Assembly (NCBI GenBank): GCA_030141605.1
Contig: JAQGDQ010000413.1
Coordinates: 1 to 64,000, forward strand
Direction: 5' to 3'
Source: Tubiluchus corallicola
Taxonomy: Eukaryota; Animalia; Priapulida
DNA: 64,000 nt
Shown here: positions 1-11,994 of the stretch, piece after piece
How the letters are laid out: each line of letters opens with the position of its first letter
Position numbering within the stretch: position 1 is the stretch's first letter
The notes under the pieces: model-generated
Told to the model about the DNA's origin: nothing
The model's input: only the letters and a program-made list of their open reading frames with translations
The model's database searches: none
Program-made: the position numbers and the translations under genes

Positions 1-480
1 ACGTGTTTTACTAAGCCGTAAAACGCAAAGAATTCTGGGAAATCTAGGACAAAATCTCATATGACCTTTTGGTGGATTTCAATTGACCGGTGAACGGAAA
101 AATAAGGTGAATAGCCGCCTTGGTATTGTGTGCGCTTAGCGATTGAAGTTAAGCAATAGTTAATGTGATCAGTAAATGGATGGATGGATGGCTATCGGGT
201 TTTACTAAGCCGTAAAACGTAAAGAATTCTGGGAAATCTTGGACTTTATCTCATATAACGCTTTGGTGTTTTGAATTAAACCGTGAATGGGAAAATGAAT
301 TGACTTGGTATTGTGTGTGCCTTTCGATTAAAGTTAAGCAATACTCAACATAGTCACTAAATGGATGAATGACAGTCGGGTTCCGTACCGTTCTGGTCTA
401 CAGGTTTCATCGCATTGTATACTACGGAAGTTAATCAATAGTGGGGCTAGTAAATAAATGGATGGGCAACCGCCGATTCA
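1..480 (+). repeat. Degenerate ~190-bp tandem repeat carrying 5S rRNA-derived internal promoter blocks (SINE3-like or 5S pseudogene pieces); truncated at the window start
   Basis: gtttt(t)actaagccgtaaaacg..aagaattctgggaaatct recurs at ~5 and ~199. Three copies of (g/a)aagttaa(g/t)caata...taaatggatg lie at ~144, ~330 and ~427. Bases 425-474 match the vertebrate 5S A-box to C-box segment, recalled from memory, at 35/50 ungapped. Confidence 0.65.
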
Positions 481-1268
481 CTGCTCAGTCTGGGTGTTTT
501 TATCTGCCACACAGACGTGGAAGGATTTTCCTAGTTGCACGAGGATGCAGAAACATCCTAACATGTCTGAAACATCTTGATAATGAGAAAGATTCTGATC
601 CTGCCATTGTATGATCATTGAACACGATTGATTTCGGTTCGTAGAAACATAAACCGTGTTGGAAAAGAGGCAGAAGCGGTGGCGCTGTCGTCGGTTCTAG
701 TACCAATTTAATTTTTATAAAATGAGCCTAACCACATACAAAGCGATTCAACCAAATGTTAGGAACCAATCAACGAGCCAGGCAACTTACCAAGCAATAA
801 AGCAAGTTGAATTTACCGGCGGGTGACCGGCCATTTGCTGAGACAGGCAGGCAGCCAGTCAACAAGCACTTAGTCAGTCATTTGTGCAGTCAGTCATTGG
901 AGTGGTGACCAGTTGAACAAATGTCCAAGTTTGCCGTTAGGATAGGAAAGTGAATAAAAGAAGAAATGAAATGAATGAACAGATGAAAGAACGCACGAAT
1001 AACGAACGAATGAATAGATCCGACGAATAATGCACAGTTCAACAAGGAAGAGGACAGATGATGTGTAGAACAGAATTGTAAAAACAGATTTCAAAAAGTA
1101 CAGTTATTTATTTTTGTATGTCAGCCCGTGTCACTCGTGGTCCTGCAGATTGCATCAAATTTGTCCCTCTTAAACTCTCATGGTCTGGAACACTATTGAT
1201 GATCAACTTTTTTCCACTGCTTCCATACTGCGCAATTTCCCATATCAACGATAAAATGCCTCTATACG

Positions 1269-1677
1269 CAGGGGCGTATCAAGACTTTACCATGCCCTAC
1301 GCTGATAGCTCTGTGCCACCCTTCTCTATTGTGAATTTATGGTTGTTTATGTAATAAACAGGTTAAACAATTACTTGTGGTGTATTAGAAACACTGTTAA
1401 CCTAGTTTCTACGTGATCGTTATTAGCTACATGTATTTGTATAGCGCTTATATTGAAGCAGGCTTGTTGTGTAATACCTTGCGTCTGCTCGTTATGTGGC
1501 CCTTATATAAAGCTGCTTGCAGTAATTGCCTGTGGTGGGTTATAAAATGTGCCCTTTACATGAAAATGAAAGTGCACATTTTTCGAGGAGAATAATATTT
1601 TTTCTGAAATGTGACGCCCCTCAAACTTTGACGCCCTAGGCAATAACCTACTTAGCCTATTGGTTAATACTCCCCTT
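1269..1677. mobile_element. Old non-autonomous hAT element (MITE)
   Basis: Starts caggggcgtat and ends aatactcccctt (degenerate TIR). 8-bp flanks tctatacg (1261-1268) and tccatacg (1678-1685) match 7/8. Confidence 0.6.
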
Positions 1678-2182
1678 TCCATACGTCTCCCCAATTCTGA
1701 AGTCGTTTTCTGAGGATTAGGGTGACAATTCCACCGGCCTAATGCTCTTCAATAAAAGAATTGGTTTCGGATGACAGTTTATGGTTTCGTAAATAAACAG
1801 GTTAAGGGAGACTATAGGAATGTAAATGACTACTGATTATCTTCAGTTGGCTTGAGACATGTGCAGAGAAGGATACACTATGACCGTCGATTTAATCCGG
1901 CCGATAAAAGGAAACTGTCATTATAGTGTAAATAAAAACATCGATTGTTTTGTGGTGTCTTGTTTGATTACATGAATGAGAAGTCAAGGATAAAATTATC
2001 CTGCGGTTTAGGGCACTGATGTTAGTATATCAGAGAAAATAGAGTTGATAATGAATTTGGCCGCTTCGAAAGATATCATTCCTAATTCAAGTTTTAATTT
2101 AAATCTTTTTGTTTATTCTGTTTAGCTGAGAGTAACTGTTTTCGTAGTAATAATTAGTAATTGCTGTTTATTCATTCATTTA

Positions 2183-3608
2183 GATATTTATTTATTAGTG
2201 CCAAAAATACAAGACATACACACAATTTCAATTTTGAAATATACAAAAAACAAGACATATATACAATTTCAATTTTCAAATATACAAAAAACAGGACGTA
2301 TATACAATTTCAATTTTCAAATATACAAAAAAACAATGCATATATATACAATTTCAATTTTGAAATATACAAAAAAACAACACATATATACAATTTCAAT
2401 TTTGAAATATACAAAAAAAAACAACACATATATACAATTTCAATTTTGAAATATATAAAAAAAAACACATATATACAATTTCAATTTTGAAATATACAAA
2501 AAACAAGACATATATACAATTTCAATTTTGAAATATACAAAAAAACAACACATATATACAATTTCAATTTTGAAATATACAAAAAACAAGACATATATAC
2601 AATTTCAATTTTCAAATATACAAAAAAACAACACATATACAATTTCAATTTTCAAATATACAAAAAAACAGGACATATATACAATTTCAATTTTCAAATA
2701 TACAAAAAAAACAACACATATATACAATTTCAATTTTGAAATATACAAAAAAACAACACATATATACAATTTCAATTTTCAAATATACAAAAAACAACAC
2801 ATATATACAATTTCAATTTTCAAATATACAAAAAAACAACACATATATACAATTTCAATTTTCAAATATACAAAAAAACAACACATATATACAATTTCAA
2901 TTTTGAAATATACAAAAAAACAGGACATATATACAATTTCAATTTTCAAATATACAAAAAAACAACACATATATACAATTTCAATTTTGAAATATACAAA
3001 AAAACAACACATATATACAATTTCAATTTTGAAATTTACAAAAAACAAGACATATATACAATTTCAATTTTCAAATATACAAAAAAACAACACATATATA
3101 CAATTTCAATTTTCAAATATACAAAAAAACAACACATATATACATTTTCAATTTTGAAATATACAAAAAAACAGGACATATATACAATTTCAATTTTCAA
3201 ATATACAAAAAAACAACACATATATACAATTTCATTTTTCAAATATACAAAAAAACAACACATATATACAATTTCAATTTTCAAATATACAAAAAAACAA
3301 CACATATATACAATTTCAATTTTCAAATATACAAAAAAAACAACACATATATACAATTTCAATTTTCAAATATACAAAAAAACAACAGATATATACAATT
3401 TCAATTTTCAAATATACAAAAAAACAACACATATATACAATTTCAATTTTCAAATATACAAAAAAACAACACATATATACAATTTCAATTTTGAAATATA
3501 ATGACACTATATACAAACAAAACAATTACTAATAAAACAGACGTTATTTAATCTTCATGTTAGTTATATTAGTTATTTAATGAAAAGTTTAATGATTAGT
3601 ATTTAAAA
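2183..3608 (-). mobile_element. LINE 3' end (end of ORF, 3' UTR, aataaa tail) hosting an internal minisatellite expansion
   Basis: Flanks 2183-2240 and 3480-3606 are colinear with the unexpanded copy at ~53122-53307. On the minus strand it ends in aataaataaatatc. Confidence 0.65.
2207..3500. repeat. ~42-bp minisatellite, ~31 copies
   Basis: Unit acatatatacaatttcaatttt(c/g)aaatatacaaaaaaacaac with a variable A-run. Confidence 0.97.
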
Positions 3609-3829
3609 AAAATAAATTACTAATTTATTCTTAATTCAATCATCTTTACTGGATGATTGACTGGTCAAGTGACTAATTAACTGACAATTAAATTGATTTG
3701 TTTATATATCTTTGTTTGTCTTTCTATTATTTTGCTCGAACATTTTCATTCGTTTGTTCATTTAGTCGGTCAGTTAGTAATTCGTTCATTCATTTAATTA
3801 TGCATTTCTTTACTTGTTCATTTAATAAA

Positions 3830-4255
3830 TCATTTATTCATTCATTCGTTTGTTCGTTCGTTCGTTCATTTGTTCTTTCATTCATTCATTCATTCATTCA
3901 TTCATTCATTCATTCATTCATTCATTCATTCATTCATTCATTCATTCATTCATTCATTCATTCATTCATTCTTTCTTTCATTCATTCATTCATTCATTCA
4001 TTCATTCATTCATTCATTCATTCATTCATTCATTCATTCATTCATTCATTCATTCATTCATTTAATTCGTTCGTTCGCTCGTTCATTCAATTCATTCATT
4101 CAATTCGTTCATTTATTCATTTATTCATTCATTCATTCATTTAATTCGTTCGTTCGCTCGTCTGTGCGTTCGTTCGTTCGTTCAATCAATTCATCCATTC
4201 ATTCATTCATTCAAACCGCTCCTATTCATTCAAGCCTTCATCCATTCAATTAATT
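3830..4255. repeat. (ATTC)n/(GTTC)n microsatellite
   Basis: Direct inspection. Confidence 0.97.
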
Positions 4256-5521
4256 CAACGCTTTTTACGTCTCAATAAAGTGAATCTGAAATGATCTACT
4301 ATTGAACTCATCTTTATTTTCACCAGTGTTAATATCAACACAGCGCTGCCGTATATTACTAGTGTTATTATGCATAAGTGGTATAAGCTTTTGTGTAACT
4401 CCTCTTCGCGATAAGCAGAATATAAATTATGCTTTTACAGAAAGCTCTCCACAGGCAAGTTGTCATGAATAAATTCAACTCGAACAAAATCTCATTCGCA
4501 GCAGCTTTGAACGTTGAGAATTCGTTGGCATCGTAATTTAACTCTGTAGTCACAGCGACAAAACGATTAGTACCAATAAGCTTTAGCATTATTAGCGTCT
4601 CCATGGACTGAAATAATACGTTAGGTAAGAATGAATATATTTCATAAACCGTGTTGTCTGATTCTAAGAAAATGACAAACAAGTTTAACGCCTGCTACTC
4701 TATAATTCTGCTTTTTTCGGCGTGATAGGTGGCGCCACAAGCACAAATAAAGCCAGCCGCTGAGTTTAACACTATAGGCCTTAATTTTAACCTTGAAACG
4801 GTACGATTTTATTGAAGATATTAGGATTTTTGTATTTCTTTCGGAAAATTGTCTTATCAGACTAATGTCTTTGTACTTTAAACCGACGTTAGATAAAGTA
4901 AACTGTAATGCTAACATTAATGCCAATTCGCTGTCCATATTTAAGAAAAATTATAAATTAAACTTATTTGAAACATATAACTGATCACTCAATCATTATT
5001 TGTTGTTTTTCATTTTCAAAAGCTTCCCCTCTAATATAATAATATTTTTATTACTTCCCACCCGTACATATATCTGCAATGTGCACCTCCATATAGTCTA
5101 AACAAGTGTTGCCTCCTCCATATAGTCTAAACAAGTGTTGCCTCCTCCACAAATGCTTAGCGAATGTGTTAAAGCATTCATCATTTCTCTGTACCGACCA
5201 TCAGTTTACATCGTAATTATGAAAATACTACTAACGCCCACTGTAACTCACACTAACCATTAGCAATATATTGTAATTTTTCTCGTAACTAATTCTAGTG
5301 GCCTAGCATAAGCTAGCTTCTTAGGTCTCTAGTGCAGAATTCATGAATTGTATCAGAATTTTGTATTAACAAAAACAGATTATCGATGCGCATGTATTGC
5401 ATATCTATATGTTTATTGCGAAATAAATCTATTAAATTGATTGAACTTGATTGATTAATGTTGGCTGTGACGTTTAATTAAAACGCCTCGACCTTTAGGT
5501 AAATACTTCTTTAGGGCTAAT

Positions 5522-6009
5522 CTTCTTCTTCTTCTTCTTTCCAGCTTTTCCCTATTCGGGGTCGCCGTTGTGAATGAGTCTTCTCCACGCATTCTTGTTG
5601 TTGACCATCTCTTCATTTATGTCTTCAATTCCCACAAGATCTTCACCGACTCTTCTTTTCAGGTGTCCATACCATCGCAATCTTGCGAGGCTTCCACTAC
5701 TTTTACTGTTCCTCTGATGTTATTATTTCTAATTTTATCTCTTCTTGTTATTCTCATCTCAACATCCTCATCTCCACCACACCCATTTTCTTCTCTTCGG
5801 TCTTCTTTAGAGAAGCTGCTTCCAGATTAGAGCGGGTCTGACCACTTCTTTGTGGACTTTACCTTTAAGTCTCACCGACTCATTCATAGAAGGTTTTGGC
5901 GCAGTTTTTACAGGCGGATGCCCTTCCTGACCCTAACCATCCCTATTTATCCGGGCTTGGGACCGGCACTGAGTTGGGCTGGCTTGCCCCCCCCCCCCGT
6001 GGCTAGGTT
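5522..6009 (-). mobile_element. Complete, internally deleted non-autonomous RTE-clade retroelement (5' UTR fused to the ORF C-terminus, 3' UTR, (GAA)n tail)
   Basis: 15-bp TSD ttctttaggg(c/t)taat at 5507-5521 and 6010-6024. The minus strand encodes the frameshifted RTE C-terminal peptides RLKGKVHKEVVRPAL..KKTEEKKMGVVEMRMLR..ITRRDKIRN..RLRWYGHLKRR. It ends gcgacccc..gggaaaagctgga-(gaa)n, and the 5' part has the RTE/Expander-type gtcaggaagggcatcc motif. Confidence 0.92.
5935..6009 (-). ncRNA. Twister self-cleaving ribozyme (3' cleavage product) at the 5' end of the RTE derivative
   Basis: Minus strand reads AACCUAGCC-[hairpin]-UGCCGGUCCCAAGCCCGGAUAAA-UAGG-GAUGG. The 23-nt core (5946-5968) is identical to the rice Osa-1-4 twister core as I recall it. 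P2 is CCUA/UAGG. Confidence 0.85.
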
Positions 6010-6108
6010 TTCTTTAGGGTTAATATGAAAAACAATTTGTTTTCAAATCTGTATCAAGGCTGTTATACCACATGCTTATACTATCACATAACATGGCTGT
6101 CATTTTCT

Positions 6109-6816
6109 TCAGTAATCCATCACCGTCAAGGATATTGCGATGAAAGCAACACTGCATATTCCGCAGCGGAAAGAGCAACAAGGCAGTATCAATAACCCAG
6201 GAAGAGATCCAACATCGCAGAAATATCGTAACTCAATGCACGGCGTGTTGTTGAAACATGGCCGCTGTGAGGCTGTCACGTGACCCGCGCGGCGCTTTGG
6301 CGGGCGCGGCGCGAATCGCTCTTGTTTTGACTGTTGAGAAACACGACATGTTCCAGATCCGGCGCTTGTTAACAGGAGAGGTGGTTGCCGGGTAGCATGC
6401 AAATTAATGTAGTCAACACTAGGTGTCGCTGGTCGTGTTCCTGAATGTTTGCTGCAACATGGCAAGAGTCGGCTTAACACTGGTTCCACGTGTTTACAAT
6501 TATATCTGCCTGACGTTACATGTGCTGCTGGTAATTGGGTAAAGAAACTAACGTTTACTCCTGCAGGAAGAGATTCCAGGTTTAACACAAAGGCACCGCG
6601 GGAAGCCGCCTGAATTTCTCTGGGAATATCGGAGACACTCGCTGGACCGTCTTCCTTTCGGCTGAAGCCGACGTGCTGATGGTTAATTTGGGGAGTTCCT
6701 AACTTCTTGCAGCCCTTGGGCAAGACCTTTTCATATGCTCTCCGACAATTACGGGCAATCACCAGGAGTTGATTATGACCCTTTGAGGCTCCTAGGTTAA
6801 TGAAATTATACGGCAC
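6109..6816 (-). other. Unique GC-richer segment containing a 235-codon stop-free frame with no recognisable domain
   Basis: ORF track; GTG start, no early ATG, no known motif. It overlaps a CpG-rich patch at 6270-6320. Confidence 0.25.
6270..6410. promoter_or_regulatory. Candidate promoter or enhancer: CpG-rich patch with palindromic GTCACGTGAC (USF/MiT E-box), E2F-like ttggcgggc/ggcgcgaa and the octamer ATGCAAAT
   Basis: Motifs read directly; local CpG density is far above the window background. Confidence 0.35.
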
Positions 6817-7469
6817 CTCAATGGGAGCCCTTTATCCCAAATAAGGGGCTACACGCAAGGACCACTTTCTTAAAAGTGGTTTTTCAGTCTTCAGACCCTC
6901 GTTTTTAAAGTTGAAATTCTATTTTAAAGTTAAATAAATTAGTCAGCTATACAAAATATTAAAATATTATACTTATTTTTCAAAAAAAGAGTTACATTTG
7001 AAAAGGAGAGCCACTCAAGCTTTGGACTCCCAGACTATACTAACCTGCAATCCCCTAAGCAATAATTAATTTACTTTGAGACTGGATAATTATTTTAAAA
7101 GTTGGTTTAAAACTGTAACTGGGTTTATTCTTACTAATTTGTTAAAATAATGACTAATTAAAAATACTTCTATCTCATTGGATTATTTTGACAAAACAGC
7201 AAGTTAATTCTGATTAATTATTTCGATTAATTCATTGGACAACTCTACATATTGGTTATAATAGCAAGCACAATTTTGATGATTACGGCAGATTAAAATT
7301 ACGTTTGACCAGTGGTTGTCGAATGCGGACACTTGGCTCCTCGGGGAGGAATTGTGAAGTCAGAACTGAGCTCCAAAAATGGATAAACATGGCTACTGAA
7401 TTGACATGTTTTTTTCTTCGTGTGATAACGCATGTAAGATAGTGCCATGGCCTAACATTTCACTATGAA

Positions 7470-7810
7470 TTATGAATTTATTCCACAGCAAATCGTACAT
7501 ATATATAAACGGGAAGGGTATTATGCTTTCGAGTCCTGCTCCAGATAAGTGGAACAATTGACAATTAACATTACATAGTATTTTCATCAGTTATAACGTA
7601 CATTAGAACAAAATAAGTTTTGTTAGTAACTTAAGATCAGGATGAGTAAAATTGTGAGTTAATTATACCATGGTAGTTAATAATTCTTTGATGCTTTTTT
7701 TAAACTAATAAAGACTAAGAGTTTTAATTTCACATGGAATTGATGACCATATTTTAACAGCATTATGTTTTGATGACTGTTTCATTATATTTGTTTTTGG
7801 AGGCTTGTTA
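7470..7810 (-). mobile_element. L2/Crack/CR1-group LINE 3' fragment
   Basis: Minus-strand peptide PKTNIMKQSSKHNAVKIWSSIPCEIKTLSLY*FKKSIKEL resembles the W(N/S)xxP..IK...FK C-terminus; aataaa follows. Confidence 0.6.
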
Positions 7811-8155
7811 TTTACATTTATTATGTAACCCTGTAATTGGGTCACTTTACTTTGGATGGCCTTTACGTTTTGCGGTGGCCTTTTCACTATGTACAGGTTC
7901 TCCCTGGCCAATTGATTGTGCTGTATCTTTTTTTATTATTGTGTTAATTTATTATGGCTAAAATAAGTAAGTAAATAAATAAATATCAAATGTCGAAGTT
8001 AACTCCAAAATGGGAAAAATGTGTTCAGTACTTTATTACACTCTGACGTGATATTGTGATACTATTATACTTTATAAATATATTATATTTGTTATAATAT
8101 ATATAATAACATAAGCGTTGTGAAAGTCATTTTTGAAGTTGTTGTTCAGTCACTT

Positions 8156-8551
8156 TGTTATGATTGAGTTTAGGCGCAGAGAAGTATGGATAGGAACCAA
8201 AAATCTATAATAAATATTTGCATTTCACACAGCAGAAAAGTGTTTATTAAACTACAGAAAACGTAAGTAGCAAAACTGCTGCACTGAACATTGAGCAAAA
8301 ACTAGTAAGCAAAAAACAGTCAGTAAAACCTGTTTCACAGTCAGTATACAGGTATAGAACTTGACCTATGCAGAGTTGCACAGGCTTCACAACAACCATT
8401 AATTTTAGATAGGGAGAGGACCAGTGTGTATGTAGTCACTGGACCACACAATTATATTGAAGGTAAGTCAGCTGGCAGAATGTAGCAAGATTAGCACATA
8501 GATGGCAGCACCTAATTACAATGTACAATTCCAACTTCTACGTGCGTAACA
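8156..8551 (-). mobile_element. Possible old solo LTR
   Basis: Bounded by tgttatg...cgtaaca (TG..CA, 6/7 inverted), with minus-strand aataaa near 8245. No TSD visible. Confidence 0.35.
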
Positions 8552-9332
8552 CGAATTAATAGTTGTATTATAATAATATTAATTGCTGCTTAAGAAAACT
8601 TGAGCAAAAATCTTATTTCTTGGAGGTCATTAAATAACTTATGTCTCAGTTACCCTAGGTCACCCTGAATTGACATAAATAATTCCCAGCTGCCATTGTA
8701 ATCCACGTGAACTCTGTTTTCTGAGTTTGTGACTAGAATTTATCTGTTGCTTTCACGCAATATGTAACGATTAAACGAACACCGTGAACAACATCGTCTT
8801 TAACTCTTTCACCCAAGATTACGTGCACGTCAACAACAATGAGGTGTGAAGGGCTGATCCAAGAACAGGTGGTTATTGACAATTAAAAACCACAGCGTTT
8901 TCCCAACGTTTTATTAGGAACAGGGGCTACCTTTTTAAGATATTTTAGATTAAAACCAAACAGCTATTTATTTTAATAGAAACTCGGATTTCAGCCTAGT
9001 TCACTTTTCAGGGCTTGGCTGCGTTTTTTGTTTCTTCGTTGGAATAGCTAGGATCCTTAGCAAACCTGAAAAAGCAATAACGTCATATTAGTGAAGCAGG
9101 GCAGGACAGAGACAAAGAGTTGGCTTCGTGAAAAATGGTAATGTTTCTAGGTATGTAGAGAATACAGAGTAGCCTGCATTGTAAAAGATGCTATTTAGTA
9201 AATTTAGAATAACCTGTATGTCAAATTAATGGCAGGTTTGGACGGGAAGTTGATTCTAGAAGAAAAACAGTGCACGCTGGTGCAAACCTTTCAGTGCCTA
9301 AATTCAGTAACTGAAATAATTCTTGTCGGTTC

Positions 9333-9690
9333 GTTAGAAAAGTCTAACGTTTCTACCGTGCAGTAGCAGTACTAGACGTCGTTATGACTGTTAAAAAGCA
9401 GTAGAAACGTTGAACTTTTCTAACAAAACGTTAATAAAAGAAAAATCCAACGCTTCTATCGCACAGTAGCAGTACTAGATGTTGTTATGACTGCTAAAAA
9501 GCAGTAGAAACGTTGAACTTTTCTAATAAAAAGTTAATAAAAGAAAAATCCAACGCTTCTACTGTACAATAGCTGTACTAGATATCGTTATGACTGCTAA
9601 AAAGCAGTAGAAACGTTAGATTTTTCTAATAAAAATTTAACAAAATTTATTACGTAGTGTGTTGTTTATGAAACAACTTGCTTATTTTAA
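9333..9690. repeat. Three 103-bp tandem units built from inverted Penelope-like pLTR (hammerhead) half-motifs
   Basis: Period 103 (9348, 9451, 9554). Each unit has aacg(t/c)ttcta ... atgactg(c/t)taaaaagcagtagaaacgtt and is internally palindromic. Confidence 0.7.
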
Positions 9691-10354
9691 TATAAATACA
9701 AACAAACAAATCAATACTGCAGTCTGAAGGAGAACAAATGCATCGAAACTTTGACAAGTTTAGGGACCCGGCATTCAGAATCACTAACTACATCAGCATA
9801 AAGTGAAAAAGGAAAACGAAAGCAGATTTCGAAGTCGACGAATGCCTTGTGAATTTATCAGAAAAGACTTTAAAATCGGATAGTAGGCTAGTGGACTAAT
9901 CAGACTGGTCTTGGGAATCTTGCTCCACGTTTTTTTTGTCTTAGCATGCAACTCAGTACATTTTAATTTAATTTTAATTTTATGTAGCTATTAATGATGT
10001 TTTGAACGCTTTCAAGTGTTTTCAGTGTCTAAGATCTACTGACACATGTGCAAGGTGTGGAAACATTGTATACAGTAAACGTGGTAACACATTTTCTTGA
10101 ATGGTCTTAGCAATTGTGACGTAACTGAAAGGAAGAAGAGTCAACCCAAAGGGAGGGCTTCAAATGATAACCCATGTTGTCCACTCCTACAAGACATACA
10201 TGGCTTCGTTGTGACGTAACACCACCTGTAGGGTTTCATTTGTTCTGCACATGTTCATTTTGATGAACTAATCCATGTAATTGTAGCTTCTACCGAACGT
10301 TTATGAATAGCTTTTTCATTTATAACTTGTGTTTTTGCATTGCTGATGTCAGTG

Positions 10355-10379
10355 TTGATGATGATGACGCTGGCGTATG

Positions 10380-10410
<31 letters not shown>

Positions 10411-10474
10411 CGATGATGATGATGTCGATGATTACGATGATGATAATGATGATTACGATGATGATGATGATTAC

Positions 10475-10524
<50 letters not shown>

Positions 10525-10533
10525 CGATGATGA
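10355..10533. repeat. (GAT)n microsatellite
   Basis: Direct inspection. Confidence 0.97.
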
Positions 10534-10892
10534 TAGTGGTAATCTAATGATTATTTTAACAATTATTTTGTCAAGTTTAAAGTGCCAAGAACGGGTCATT
10601 TTTTCTAATTCGTTTCCTATGAAAGGAGCAACTGCAAGGACAAACTACAAAACGCACTGCAGTCTTCTAATATGCTTCTAATTTATAATATATCTTCTAA
10701 TTTCTTTGTTTTTTTTAATGTATAATGTTTTATAATAGTTTTTCTTTATCTTCAATAATTTCTTTCCTTAATGGTTTAATAAATAAATAAATACGCATGG
10801 CGTCCAGTCACCTACTGTACTGATAACTAGAAAGTTGTAAAACGAATATCGCTAAAAGTCAAGAGTTTTACTAATTTTTAAGTCACCCAGTG

Positions 10893-11430
10893 GTTCGTTC
10901 GTTCGTTCGTTCGTTCGTTCATTCATTCATTCATTCATTCATTCATTCATTCATTCATTCATTCATTCATTCATTCATTCATTCATTCATTCATTCATTC
11001 ATTCATTCATTCATTCATTCATTCATTCATTCATTCATTCATTCATTCATTCATTCATTTATTCATTCATTTATTCATTTATTTATTATTCATTTGTGAA
11101 TTTATTTCTTCATTCATTCTATTCATTCATTCATTCGTTCGTTCATTCATTCATTCATTCATTCGTTCGTTCATTCATTCATTCATTCATTCATTCATTC
11201 ATTCATTCATTCATTCATTCATTCATTCATTCATTCATTCATTCATTCATTCATTCATTCATTCATTCATTCATTCATTCATTCATTCATTCATTCATTC
11301 ATTCATTCATTCATTCATTCATTCATTCATTCATTCATTCATTCACTCATTCATTCATTTATTCATTTATTCATTCATTTATTCATTTGTGAATTTATTT
11401 CTCCATTCATTCTATTCATTCATTCATTTA
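10893..11430. repeat. (ATTC)n microsatellite in two blocks, each followed by atttgtgaatttatttct
   Basis: Direct inspection; the shared end sequence suggests a ~295-bp higher-order duplication. Confidence 0.95.
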
Positions 11431-11994
11431 TTTATTATTGGTCTATTTGTTTATCTATTTGTATAGTTATGATTATGCTTTTACTTACTTGGTTTGCTTA
11501 ATCTCATTTTATTTTACTTACTTTCCGAATCCTGATTCAAAATCGGCTTTTTCAATAAAATCTTAATATTTTGATTCAGCATTGATTATGTTCTTGAATG
11601 AATTGCATTGATCATTAACAGTTTAGCAATGTGTACAAAGGAAACGACCAGAAGTTGTTAGTGTTGAAGTTCACGCTGTTTAATCTGCTTGCATGTGAAA
11701 GTTATGGTTTGATTATTGCATCAACTGTGCGAATGTGCATCTCATCAGACTCAATCATTCGTCACCCAAAACATTACGTCATCTTATTAAGTTGTCTGCG
11801 CAAAACGCAAGTCTAATTAGCTACGAAGAAGCCAGCGGAAAATGTGAGTAAGCAGCAATATTAACATGGCTTGAAAACGTGGAAATTATATTGCGTAAAT
11901 TTTGGAAGAAACAAACTTACACTAAATTTAATAATGGTTGGCTAGCTGGCTGGTCTCTGGGTCCCTCGTTGGTTGGTTGCCTAGCTGAGAGGCT

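Noticed and set aside
425-474. Functional 5S rRNA gene
   Set aside because: Only ~50 nt of the internal control region, about 70% identical; the terminal helices are missing.
2161-4253. Many long ORFs (KYTKKQHIYTIS..., FIHS...)
   Set aside because: These are translations of the 42-bp minisatellite and (ATTC)n; stop-free only because of the repeat unit.
6842-7058. Harbinger-like MITE (taa-ggggc ... cccc-taa)
   Set aside because: The inverted match is only ~5 bp, too weak to call.
10340-10681. Poly-Asp acidic protein ORF (likewise poly-Ser/Ile at 40591-41058)
   Set aside because: Trinucleotide microsatellites with non-coding-looking flanks.
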